A stretch of DNA of 64,000 nt. Source: an archaeon GW2011_AR5. Lineage in GTDB: Archaea > Aenigmatarchaeota > Aenigmatarchaeia > GW2011-AR5. This document shows, one piece after another, positions 35,921-45,270 of the stretch. Position 1 is the first letter of the stretch; the number at the start of each line of letters is the position of its first letter. The stretch lies in the NCBI GenBank assembly GCA_000806115.1, contig JWKQ01000002.1:52497-116496 (forward strand). The letters run 5' to 3'. A program made the position numbers and the translations under genes. Under the pieces are notes generated by a model, which was not told the origin of the DNA, made no database searches, and worked only from the letters and a program-made list of their open reading frames with translations.

Positions 35921-36843
35921 ATAATCAGTGACTCGTAAATCTTCTTATATTCTGCGCGGATTTTTTTCCAGTCCATGTCCAGCGCTATTTTTCTGGCATG
36001 TTGCCCGTTAAGCGTCATTATCCTGAACTTCTTGCCGTCAAGATTCACAAAGCCGCAGGACTTGCCGAGGTTCGTGAGTTCAGAAAGTATTTGTTCGGTT
36101 GTTATCACGTCTATGCCGCATGCCATAGCTTCGAGCATGACAAGCGGGTAATCCGGTTGTTTGCTTATGTAAATAAGCGCTTTTGCAGAGTTGTACGCGT
36201 CCGGCATTTTCTCGCGGGAAATTTTTGTATAAGTCAGGTTTTTCGCGCTGTCACCGCTGACGCCAACCACTAGCATTGATTTTCCTTTTGCGAGTTGTAT
36301 GCACTCCTTGAGCCGCGCCTTGACGGGGTTCGTGCTGACCCAGATGTATTCGAACTTCTTTCGTGACTTCATTGGTATGAACTTATCCGTGTCGACTCCG
36401 TTGTGCACGATACGAACCGGGGTGATTTTGTAGTCTCTTATAAGGCGTTCATTTATCGGTTTGTTTATAGCTACTACTGCATCGGATTTCTTTATGAGAC
36501 GCGACTGCATCTGAAGCAATATCCATGCACCCAGGCGTTTCTTCCACCCCGCCGGAGGGTTCTCCTCAAAATAATTTTTCCACAATCCCTGCGCCGTCCA
36601 GATTATTTTCTTGTTCCGTGCGAGGCGGGTAACCCAGTACCCCGCGTTGTCGTTGGCGTGTATTATGTCGTAGTCGGAGAACCTGATTTTAATCGCTGCA
36701 AAAAACCCCCTGATTAAGGAACATGCACCGCCACAGCCAAGCCATTTCACGTCGCGGTCCAGGGAGAGATTTTTAACCACAGTTTCGATTCCACCGGTGG
36801 TATTGGTACTATAAGTAAGAATATAGCAGACTTTGGGCTCCAT
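35917..36843 (-). CDS. Glycosyltransferase (GT4-like)
   Basis: 308 aa with a GT-B-like C-terminal domain. Confidence 0.5.
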   Translation of the reverse strand: MEPKVCYILTYSTNTTGGIETVVKNLSLDRDVKWLGCGGACSLIRGFFAAIKIRFSDYDIIHANDNAGYWVTRLARNKKIIWTAQGLWKNYFEENPPAGWKKRLGAWILLQMQSRLIKKSDAVVAINKPINERLIRDYKITPVRIVHNGVDTDKFIPMKSRKKFEYIWVSTNPVKARLKECIQLAKGKSMLVVGVSGDSAKNLTYTKISREKMPDAYNSAKALIYISKQPDYPLVMLEAMACGIDVITTEQILSELTNLGKSCGFVNLDGKKFRIMTLNGQHARKIALDMDWKKIRAEYKKIYESLII

Positions 36844-36848
36844 GATTA

Positions 36849-37544
36849 TCAGATCCTGCTGTAATTCTTTTTGTAAGTCTCGAACTTTCCCGTAAGGTTT
36901 TTTTCAATTTCCGGAGGCACGGATTTTGAGTAGTTGCCTTCCTGCACAGTTTCGCCTCGCTCCCCCTTCTCAAGCATTCTGAGGGATTCAATCATCAAAA
37001 CCTGTTCAGTATTCTGTATGCGAAGGAATATGTCAAGCAGCGTGTCGTCCTCGAACACGTTGATTTCTTTTCTTATTAAGAGTCTCCCACGGTCGATTTC
37101 CCTGCTGATAAGATGGCATGAAACTCCCTGCTTCATGTCCTTCAATATTGCCCATTTTATTGTGTCCAGCCCGCGGTTCTCCGGCAGCAGACCCGGGTGC
37201 ATGTTCAGTATTCCGGTTTTGAACTGGTTGATTATGTTTTCCTTTATGATGCGCGCGCCAAGAATCACGCCCACGTCAAGATCGTATTCCTTTACAAGTT
37301 CCTCGCACTCCTTGCTGTTATGTGCGACAACGTGGTATGGTATTTCAAGTTTCTTCGCTATTTCCGAGGGATGCATGTATTCCATGTCTTTTTGCGACAC
37401 GCGTATTTTTGACTGGTAGAAATTAAGCTGGACCGGGTCTGCGGCCAATATGCACTCTATCTTGTAGCCGTGAAGCATTAGCCACAGCAATCCTTCCTGG
37501 GTTTTCTTGTGCTTGAAGTTATATGCAAAGACGCCTATTCTCAT
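36849..37544 (-). CDS. Formyltransferase-domain protein (sugar N-formyltransferase-like; uses N10-formyl-THF)
   Basis: It starts at the internal Met MRIGVFAYNF... A formyl_trans_N pattern (HxSLLPxxRG region: NMHPGLLPENRG) is present. It directly abuts the aminotransferase stop. Confidence 0.65.
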   Translation of the reverse strand: MRIGVFAYNFKHKKTQEGLLWLMLHGYKIECILAADPVQLNFYQSKIRVSQKDMEYMHPSEIAKKLEIPYHVVAHNSKECEELVKEYDLDVGVILGARIIKENIINQFKTGILNMHPGLLPENRGLDTIKWAILKDMKQGVSCHLISREIDRGRLLIRKEINVFEDDTLLDIFLRIQNTEQVLMIESLRMLEKGERGETVQEGNYSKSVPPEIEKNLTGKFETYKKNYSRI

Positions 37545-38629
37545 CGCATCGCCGCCTTGACGCATTGTGCTATTCTTCCAAGATCATCTTCCGTCACTCT
37601 TGGATGAATCGGGAGGCTCAAAACTTCTTCAGAAAGCCTTTCAGAAACCGGAAGCAAGTCTTTGTAGCCGAGATTCAAGTAAAGTTCCTGCATGTGTATG
37701 GGTTTCGGGTAATATATTCCGTATCCTATATTGTTATTTTTCAGCTCGTTGATAACTTTTTGCCTTTTGCCTTCTGAAACCTTTATTGTGTACTGGTGAA
37801 AGACGTGTTTCCTGCCCGGCATAACGGCAGGCAATTCTATGCCTTCGGCGTCAGACAGCAATTCAGACAGAACAGCGGCATTTCTTATTCTTGCCGCATT
37901 GAAGCCGTTGATTTTCATGAGCTGCGCGCTGCCTATGGCAGCCTGCATCTCTGTCATTCTGAAATTGTACCCGAGAATCTTGTTGTCGTACGCGACGGTT
38001 GAGCCGTGGTTTATTATTTTTCTCGCCTCTTCTGCAACAGCATCGTCGCCTGTCGTGATCATCCCGCCCTCTCCTGTAGTCATGTTTTTCGTGGCGTAGA
38101 AAGAGAAGCATCCCGTTCCGAAGGAACCTGCATGCTTCCCGGAGAACTCCGCGCCGTGGGCCTGGCAGGCGTCTTCTATCAGAACCAGGCCGTGTTCTTC
38201 GCATATATTTTCCAGTCTTTTCATGTCGCACATCTGTCCGTACAAGTGCACCGCTACAATAGCTTTGGTATTGCCTGTTATTTTCTTCTCCACATCATCA
38301 AGGTTGATGCAAAAGTCGTCGTAATTGACATCGACAAAGACGGGCTTTGCGCCTGCGTGAAGTATGCTGTTAGCGCTCGCTGCGAACGAGAAAGAAGGCG
38401 ATATAACCTCGCCGTTCGTGATGCCGTTGGCAAGCAGGGTCGTGTGCAAAGCCGTTGTCCCGTTGCTGGTGGCTATAGAATGTGATACGCCGCAGAATTC
38501 GGAGAACGCTTCCTCAAAATTTTTTGTCTCTTCGCCGCGGGCAAGGGTGCCGCTTTTCAGGACGCGTACGACTGCATTAACTTCTTCCTGTTCTATAATA
38601 GGATCTGATATCTTTATCATGGTAGCCAT
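37541..38629 (-). CDS. DegT/DnrJ/EryC1/StrS family sugar aminotransferase (PLP-dependent)
   Basis: 362 aa with the hallmark fold-type I sugar aminotransferase motifs (SFYATKNMTTGEGG). Confidence 0.8.
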   Translation of the reverse strand: MATMIKISDPIIEQEEVNAVVRVLKSGTLARGEETKNFEEAFSEFCGVSHSIATSNGTTALHTTLLANGITNGEVISPSFSFAASANSILHAGAKPVFVDVNYDDFCINLDDVEKKITGNTKAIVAVHLYGQMCDMKRLENICEEHGLVLIEDACQAHGAEFSGKHAGSFGTGCFSFYATKNMTTGEGGMITTGDDAVAEEARKIINHGSTVAYDNKILGYNFRMTEMQAAIGSAQLMKINGFNAARIRNAAVLSELLSDAEGIELPAVMPGRKHVFHQYTIKVSEGKRQKVINELKNNNIGYGIYYPKPIHMQELYLNLGYKDLLPVSERLSEEVLSLPIHPRVTEDDLGRIAQCVKAAMR

Positions 38630-38860
38630 TTAACAAGAAACGTTTTAATCGGCTTTGTCTTTTATAGCTATTGGTACGGACGCCGAATTTATGGCGTTGC
38701 AAGAAAGATTCTTTGGTTTTGCTGCATTCAAGTTTGTCAAGGACCACCGTCCAAAGACGGTGGCTTGCTGAAATTTATGAATCCTTGAGCAATTCGCATT
38801 CACTGCTTTTGAACCACTGTTTGAAAAACAGTGGAATGTGAAGTTTCATTTGCTCTGCAT

Positions 38861-39835
38861 TTAGACGCTCTGCGTCTTCCTGTCAAGCATTCTTTCCGCT
38901 GCGGTTCTTACAGCTTCCTCTGAGGTGTACCTGGTCGCCCATCCGAGTTTCTTTAGCTTGGCAGTATCGAGAAGGAATCTTGTGATGTCACCGGGCCACC
39001 CGCCGGAATTGCCTGTGTACTTTATTTCCGGTGTCAGGCCCATTTCTTCCGTGACTATCTCGGCTATCCTGTCCACCGTTATCGCGTCGGTTGTGCTCAG
39101 GTTGAAAATATTGACATCGTCATGTGCATGCTCGAGGGCGAAAAGTATGCCAGAAACGCAGTCGTCCACAAGCATGTAGGATTTGCTCTGTTTTCCGTCG
39201 CCCAATATTTCCAGTTCCGAGGGATTTTGCCTGAGCTTGTAAATGAAATCCGATATGACTGTCCTTCCTTTTTTCCTGCTCTTGTCGCCCACTATGTTTG
39301 CAAACCTGAAAATCCATCCCTTCATGCCGAACATGCTGCTATACGCGGAGATTAGTCCCTCGCAAGCCACTTTGCTCGCGCCGTAGAGCGACGTAGGCTT
39401 CAACGGCCCGTAATCCTCCGGTGTTGGCATTTTGCCGGCCTTTCCGTAGACTACGGACGACGAAGAAAAGACTATCTTTCTTACGTTGTTTTTTTGCATC
39501 GCATCGAGAACCCTGTATGTTGCTATTGTGTTCTGCTCGAGGTCCTTGTCTGTCCTTTCGCCGGGGATGAATTTGATGTCTGGATTCGCTGCCAGGTGGA
39601 ATACTATGTCCTTGCCTTTCGTCGCCGTGTCAAGAACATCTTTATCAAGCACATCGCCCTCAATCAGCGTAAATGATGGATTACCCATGAACTCTTCTAT
39701 GTGCTCCGATTTGCCGCTGCTGAAATTGTCCAGGACAGTCACATGAAACTTTTTCATAAGCTCCTTAACAAGTTCTGACCCAATGCATCCGGCCCCCCCT
39801 GTAACCAGAACGGAAAGATTATTTTGGCTGTTCAT
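38861..39835 (-). CDS. NAD-dependent epimerase/dehydratase (UDP-sugar 4-epimerase-like)
   Basis: 324 aa with VLVTGGAGCIGS and YGASKVACE. Confidence 0.7.
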   Translation of the reverse strand: MNSQNNLSVLVTGGAGCIGSELVKELMKKFHVTVLDNFSSGKSEHIEEFMGNPSFTLIEGDVLDKDVLDTATKGKDIVFHLAANPDIKFIPGERTDKDLEQNTIATYRVLDAMQKNNVRKIVFSSSSVVYGKAGKMPTPEDYGPLKPTSLYGASKVACEGLISAYSSMFGMKGWIFRFANIVGDKSRKKGRTVISDFIYKLRQNPSELEILGDGKQSKSYMLVDDCVSGILFALEHAHDDVNIFNLSTTDAITVDRIAEIVTEEMGLTPEIKYTGNSGGWPGDITRFLLDTAKLKKLGWATRYTSEEAVRTAAERMLDRKTQSV

Positions 39836-39873
39836 ACAAGTTCACTAGGAACATAATACTCTTAAAACCACTT

Positions 39874-39916
39874 CATAGAACCCGGAATTCATGTATGAAT
39901 TCTTTTCTGGGTTCAT
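39874..39916. promoter_or_regulatory. Hairpin-1-type palindrome (gaacccgg...ctgggttc) upstream of the minus-strand gene start at 39835; a member of the E-element family
   Basis: tagaacccggaattcatgtatgaattcttttctgggttcat has the same AACCC...GAATTC/CATG...GGGTT structure as hairpin-1 of E1 and E3. Confidence 0.5.
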
Positions 39917-39917
39917 A

Positions 39918-41405
39918 CTATCCGGCGCATTTGTAAATGTCGAGGATTTTTACCGGCTTGTTTATAGTTGCCGAGACAGTGCAATTGTTTCTTGATGCAT
40001 ATTCAATAATATTTCCTCTCTCAAATCTTTCTTCTATGCTGCCATCAATGGCACAGTCTGCAGTCTCGTTGAACCGCTTGAAGTTCTGGTAGTAATAGCT
40101 TTCCAGCATGAAACGGTAATAGTTTCCCGCGTATACTGAGGTGCAATTTTCCCTGAGATAGGCTATTGTCTCTGTCATTCCCTCGGACGCCTTAGCTTCT
40201 GTGTCGAGCATGCCAAGCGGTTCCCAGAGCTGGTTATGGTACAGAACGTACGAAGGTGCGGCAAGCAGTGCCTGCACGAAGAGGGTTAATGATATGACGG
40301 CGATGAACATTGCCTGGCGTCTTTTCAGCAGACTGGCAGATCTCGCTGCGAGTATTCCCAAGAACGGGACCGCACCAGTTATATGACGATATGTTATATT
40401 TGTCAGCTGGAATGAGAGAAGAACAAGAAATACGATTGCAAACATAGCAATGAATTTGTCCTGTCTTGTTGGTTTTTTCGCCATACAGTATACGCTAAGC
40501 GCGAGCAGGAACAGGACAAGTATACTCTCCTTTGCAAGGAAAAGAAGGAGGTAGTTTATTGCAGGAAGCTTTAGGAGGATAGGGTACTCAACGTTCTCGA
40601 ACACGCTGGTGAATACTCTGCGTGAGAAGGACAGCAGGATTATTGGTACATCACCAGATATCTGCTGGCTTCTTATCTCATTGCCGTACTGTACAGATAT
40701 TGTTGCGTCAGTATGCAGCCTTGAGAAACCGAAGGGCCAGGCAGCAAGGAAAATGATAATCGCAAGCACGAATGATTTTAGTATCCAGTTGTCAATTCCG
40801 AGGTTGAAGCCGCGTCTGATAGAAAGCCTTATCCGCTTCTCATAAAGCGCATAGACAATTATGAATATGAATAGTATGATTGAGATGAATTTCGTGGCTA
40901 ATGCAAGCCCAAGAAAAATTCCGAGCCATGCAAAAGAATACTTTTTCTTCTCATGGACAGCCTGCCATGTAAAGAATGCCGCCATCACATAGAAGAAGCT
41001 AAGCATGGTTTCCTGCTGCACATATCTGCTGAATTGTATATGTATTATTGAGAATGCGGTTATTGCTGATGCAAAAAGTGCGGTATTTTCACCGTAAAGC
41101 TTTCTTGAAAGCAGGAACACAGCAAGTACTGTCAATATACCAAACACTGCTGAGACGATCCTCATGCTGGATTCTGTGTCATTTATCATGACAGCTGCGC
41201 CGAAAATATATTTCGCCAGCGGCGGTGTGTCAAAAATGTAGTAATTATTTACGAAATTTCCGCTTGCATACTCGTCAGAAGCCTGTTTCATCTCGACTTC
41301 GCTGTAGCTGTAAGTTTCCCATGAGAGATCCTGTACCCTGAGAAATGTGGCAAGAACAACAACAATAACAAGCGTGAGTAAAACCGTTTTTTGCGACATT
41401 GCCAT
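39918..41405 (-). CDS. GT-C fold membrane glycosyltransferase (family 39/83, PMT/ArnT-like)
   Basis: 495 aa, multi-TM. A DTPPL motif is near the N-terminus, and there is a C-terminal soluble region. Confidence 0.55.
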   Translation of the reverse strand: MAMSQKTVLLTLVIVVVLATFLRVQDLSWETYSYSEVEMKQASDEYASGNFVNNYYIFDTPPLAKYIFGAAVMINDTESSMRIVSAVFGILTVLAVFLLSRKLYGENTALFASAITAFSIIHIQFSRYVQQETMLSFFYVMAAFFTWQAVHEKKKYSFAWLGIFLGLALATKFISIILFIFIIVYALYEKRIRLSIRRGFNLGIDNWILKSFVLAIIIFLAAWPFGFSRLHTDATISVQYGNEIRSQQISGDVPIILLSFSRRVFTSVFENVEYPILLKLPAINYLLLFLAKESILVLFLLALSVYCMAKKPTRQDKFIAMFAIVFLVLLSFQLTNITYRHITGAVPFLGILAARSASLLKRRQAMFIAVISLTLFVQALLAAPSYVLYHNQLWEPLGMLDTEAKASEGMTETIAYLRENCTSVYAGNYYRFMLESYYYQNFKRFNETADCAIDGSIEERFERGNIIEYASRNNCTVSATINKPVKILDIYKCAG

Positions 41406-41437
41406 TGTAATTTAGTCGATGCTATGATTAAATATCT

Positions 41438-42124
41438 TCATGCGAGTGCCAGTTTAATTCGGAGGTGTATGAGTTGGAAGAACATCCTGATCGGGTCGAA
41501 GAACTTGATTTTTGTGCCCTCCCGATGTTCCCATTTTATCGACATTTCTTTTAATGAATATTTCTTGTGCCTTATCCTGTAAAATATCTCGACGTCGAAT
41601 ATCCATCTGTTTGACACCATGTTCTTGAAAAGTTCCTTTGCCGCAGATTTCCTAAATCCTTTGAAGCCGCAAAGGTTATCCTTGACATGTATTCTGAAGA
41701 TAAAGTTCGCCCAGAAGTTGAATAGCTTTCCCGTCGTCTGCCGCAAAAGCGGCTGATCAACATTTGACTCATAGTTTGTTCTGTCGCCGACTACCACATC
41801 GAATTGGTCGAGCAACGGGAGCATTTTTTTAATCTCCATTGGGCTTGTTGATCCGTCCGCGTCTATGAAGATTATCTTTTCGCCGGTTGCAGCAAGCATT
41901 CCTTTCTTGATTGCGAACCCTTTGCCCATGTTCTTTTTGTAGGTTATTATACGAGCTTTCCGGAAACTTTTCAAAATATCAAGTGTTCTGTCAGTGGAGC
42001 CGTCATTCACAAAAATTACTTCGTAATCCTTGAGTGTTCTCGTCAGATTTGAAAGCTCACCAAGAAACGGTTCTATGCGGCTCTGCTCATTGTATACTGG
42101 CACCACAATCGATAGCTTTGTCAT
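41438..42124 (-). CDS. GT2 glycosyltransferase, polyprenyl-phosphate sugar synthase-like (Dpm1/ArnC-like)
   Basis: 228 aa with VVPVYNEQ...YEVIFVNDGSTDRT and DADGS. Confidence 0.7.
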   Translation of the reverse strand: MTKLSIVVPVYNEQSRIEPFLGELSNLTRTLKDYEVIFVNDGSTDRTLDILKSFRKARIITYKKNMGKGFAIKKGMLAATGEKIIFIDADGSTSPMEIKKMLPLLDQFDVVVGDRTNYESNVDQPLLRQTTGKLFNFWANFIFRIHVKDNLCGFKGFRKSAAKELFKNMVSNRWIFDVEIFYRIRHKKYSLKEMSIKWEHREGTKIKFFDPIRMFFQLIHLRIKLALA

Positions 42125-42184
42125 CTGATTTGATTTCGAATCTAGACTTTATAAAGAGTTTAAAAAGCACAATGTATCAGGTGG

Positions 42185-43654
42185 TTACGCCAGCATCTTG
42201 TCTCTGATTTTCCTCTCTATAGGAAAGTGATAGAAGTTGTGCTTGAATCTGAACTTTGCTATCGGATTGTAGATGTCGAACAGAACTTTTCCGCGTCGTG
42301 TGCTTATCTTGTATTTGACATTCTTATTCATGAAGTAGGATGTAAAATTGATGTTGTCTATTATCTTGAGTCGCTTCTTGTCGAGCCAGGTGGGGGAGTT
42401 CTTCGTCCATCCGTCAAAATCGAAGTTTGCCCATTCATTAAGGCTTGTTGGCTGCTTGAATCCTCCTTGTATAGAGAGATCCCACGCCTCCGTTCCAAGA
42501 TAAGGGCAGAAGGTGAAGAACAAACAGTACGCGTTCTTGTTCTCCTTCATAAGCTGGAGCGCAAGCTCCTTGCTCATGCGTATGTCCTCCTCTGTCTCTG
42601 TTGGATAGCCAAGTATAAACGTGAACTTTGAGACAATATTCAGCTTCGCAAGAATCCTGTTCGCCTTGACAAAATCCTCGACCTCCTCATCCTTTTTCAT
42701 CAACTTTATCATTCTTGGCGAGCCTGACTCAATGCCGACATCAATGTTCTTGCATCCGCTCTTCACAAGCAGCTGCTGGTATTCCTCGTCCATCCTGCAT
42801 ATAGCATCGGCGCGTATTCCTAGTGTGCCCCATGCGAAGTCATCAAACTCGTTGACAATTCCGCGCAGTATTGTTTTCACCCGGTTTGGGTCTGTACCGA
42901 AATTGTCATCTTGGAAGAAGAAATCGCGTATTCCATAAGTGTCTATAATGAATCTTATCTTTTCAAGAACGCGTTCTGCAGAGTAGCATCGCCATGTGTT
43001 CTTATGGACCGCAGGGTCGATGCAGAATGTGCATCGGAACGGGCATCCTCTGCTGGTTGTGAGTATTATCGACTGTCTGCTCCTGAAATCAACTGCATAA
43101 TATTTCTTCATGTCAACAAGATGATACGGCAGGTCCGGAAGCTCGTCTAGATTCTTCAGGTTGGGCCTGCTTTCATTGATTACAACATGTCCGTTTTCCC
43201 TAAAACCAATACCCTTAACGTTCCGCAGATTGCCTTTCCTTTCAAGAGTGTGTACAAGTTCGGCAAAGGTGAGCTCGCCCTCTCCAATAGTTATTATGTC
43301 TATCAACGTGTCTCCAAGAGTCTGGTGCGGCTGCATTGTCGGATGCATTCCACCCCACATAACAGGTATGTCCTTGTTGAAGTCCTTGACAAGCCGCGAT
43401 AGCTCCAGTGAATATTTCAGCTGCGGACCTGTCATTCCAGTCGTCCCGACTACGATAGGATTCAATTTCAGCTGTTTCTCGAGTTTCTCTTTCCAGTCAG
43501 ACTCGACGCGTTGGTCGATTATCGTCACTTTGTAACCTTCTTTCTCTGGGATTGAAGCTATTCCAAGCAATCCTTCGGGTATTCTTGCACCAAGATAATC
43601 CCAGCTCCCGGTGCGAGGTTGCACAAGAACGATATTTCCCGATTCTGACATCAT
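42185..43654 (-). CDS. B12-binding radical SAM protein
   Basis: 489 aa with an N-terminal B12-binding region and CPFRCTFC. Confidence 0.7.
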   Translation of the reverse strand: MMSESGNIVLVQPRTGSWDYLGARIPEGLLGIASIPEKEGYKVTIIDQRVESDWKEKLEKQLKLNPIVVGTTGMTGPQLKYSLELSRLVKDFNKDIPVMWGGMHPTMQPHQTLGDTLIDIITIGEGELTFAELVHTLERKGNLRNVKGIGFRENGHVVINESRPNLKNLDELPDLPYHLVDMKKYYAVDFRSRQSIILTTSRGCPFRCTFCIDPAVHKNTWRCYSAERVLEKIRFIIDTYGIRDFFFQDDNFGTDPNRVKTILRGIVNEFDDFAWGTLGIRADAICRMDEEYQQLLVKSGCKNIDVGIESGSPRMIKLMKKDEEVEDFVKANRILAKLNIVSKFTFILGYPTETEEDIRMSKELALQLMKENKNAYCLFFTFCPYLGTEAWDLSIQGGFKQPTSLNEWANFDFDGWTKNSPTWLDKKRLKIIDNINFTSYFMNKNVKYKISTRRGKVLFDIYNPIAKFRFKHNFYHFPIERKIRDKMLA

Positions 43655-43698
43655 ATCACCAAAACAATGTTATCTATTAGGTTATAGACTATTAAAAT

Positions 43699-45270
43699 TT
43701 AGCTGGTTTGCGAAATTTTGCAAGTTATCCCAACTTTCCTGCTGTTGACTATTGCGAAGAACGGCTCGTCCTCGCATAATTTTGATATGTTTATTATTTT
43801 CTCTTCTTCATACATTGAATAGAATGCAAGGTATTTCACCTGTCTCTCCCGTAAGAATTTCTCGTTGAGCTCCGGCCTGCGGAGGAAACTAGCTTGCCCA
43901 GATGGAGCAAGGTAAAGCGAGATGTCCCTGTCCGACCAAAGTTCGGTGTAAGGATAATCTCTTTCTCTAACTGCATCTATAAGCTGGCTTGTGGCAGATG
44001 AGTTCATTGTTATCAGAAAACTCGTGCCGAAGAGGAAGAATATTGATAATCCCGTAGCTGCCCCGATGAGCAGCTGTCTATTTTTGGGCACAAATATGAA
44101 TACTGTAGCCAGAACGAAGAAGAATGCTACGGAAGTGGGTGAATAATACGGTAGCATGTCGTTAAGGCCAGTTAGGTACGCCAGCAACAGTGCTACGGTT
44201 GCGCCGAATATTATGTATTGCATGTCATTACGCCAAAGTTCGCTTACAAGCTTCGCAGAAAGTATTATTGCTGGTGCGATTCCTATGATCATGAGCCGTT
44301 GAAAATCCTGCCCACTGCTCAAGAAAGCGATGAGAAATGTAATACCCAGCCAGCATGCGAGTATGTAGAAGGGCTTGTCACGCTTCAGTCTGGCAAGGGC
44401 GATAAGCATCAATGCCGCAAAAAACGGTGTCAGCTGCCAGGCGAATGATGACATGTAAAATATCTTTTCATATCCTGTCTCCTGGTATCCGGTACGTGCT
44501 GTCATGAATGACTTGACATAGCTGTCGAAGAAATTGAACTCGTCATTTGAAACGCCTGTGAGAGCCTCATTTATTGGAAATGAAAAATAAATCGCGAGCA
44601 GCGAAAGAACACCTGCCGAAACTATGAAAAGAAAGGATTTGCTGAATTTTACCCTGTCTCTGTGAAGGTAAGCGATGACAAGCAAAGCAGGGAGAATTGC
44701 GAGCGCCGAGAGCTTCGTCAGGAAGCCAAGCACTGTCATGATGACAAAGAGTGACAGATAGATGTTCTTTTTTCCTCTAAGGTATTTCAGGAAGAAGAAT
44801 ACGGATGCGGCAGTTGTCAGCATCAGAAAATTATCGCCGAATGCAATTGATGATGCGTAGAAATGGTATCTCAACAACGCTGCTAAGAGGGCTGCTATGA
44901 CGCCAACCTTCTCCGAATAAAGGTGCCTGCCAATGAGATAGATAAATACTATGGAAAGCAGTCCGAAAATTATCGGCAGAAATATCATAAATGCGTTAAA
45001 TCCGAAAATCGAAGCCCAAAGCGAATAGAGCAGGGTTCTCATCGGGGGGTGGGTGAAGTTGAAGAATAGTCCGTCATCAATGTACGTCATCTCCCCATTA
45101 CTCGTCTCGCTTGTTGAATATACCGCTGCCCTTCCTATCTCTGCAAAATTCCTCGCCGGACCGGCGGTGTCTATTGCGTCGCCTGTGAAATATGTGCCAA
45201 AGAAAGCGGAGCGTATTACCAATGCAAGAATAAGTATCGCGACAAGTTTTTTCATCTCGTCACCCGCCAT
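43699..45270 (-). CDS. GT-C fold membrane glycosyltransferase (family 39/83, PMT/ArnT-like)
   Basis: 523 aa, multi-TM, with THPPM and a C-terminal soluble domain. It is a paralogue-type repeat of 39918-41405. Confidence 0.55.
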   Translation of the reverse strand: MAGDEMKKLVAILILALVIRSAFFGTYFTGDAIDTAGPARNFAEIGRAAVYSTSETSNGEMTYIDDGLFFNFTHPPMRTLLYSLWASIFGFNAFMIFLPIIFGLLSIVFIYLIGRHLYSEKVGVIAALLAALLRYHFYASSIAFGDNFLMLTTAASVFFFLKYLRGKKNIYLSLFVIMTVLGFLTKLSALAILPALLVIAYLHRDRVKFSKSFLFIVSAGVLSLLAIYFSFPINEALTGVSNDEFNFFDSYVKSFMTARTGYQETGYEKIFYMSSFAWQLTPFFAALMLIALARLKRDKPFYILACWLGITFLIAFLSSGQDFQRLMIIGIAPAIILSAKLVSELWRNDMQYIIFGATVALLLAYLTGLNDMLPYYSPTSVAFFFVLATVFIFVPKNRQLLIGAATGLSIFFLFGTSFLITMNSSATSQLIDAVRERDYPYTELWSDRDISLYLAPSGQASFLRRPELNEKFLRERQVKYLAFYSMYEEEKIINISKLCEDEPFFAIVNSRKVGITCKISQTS

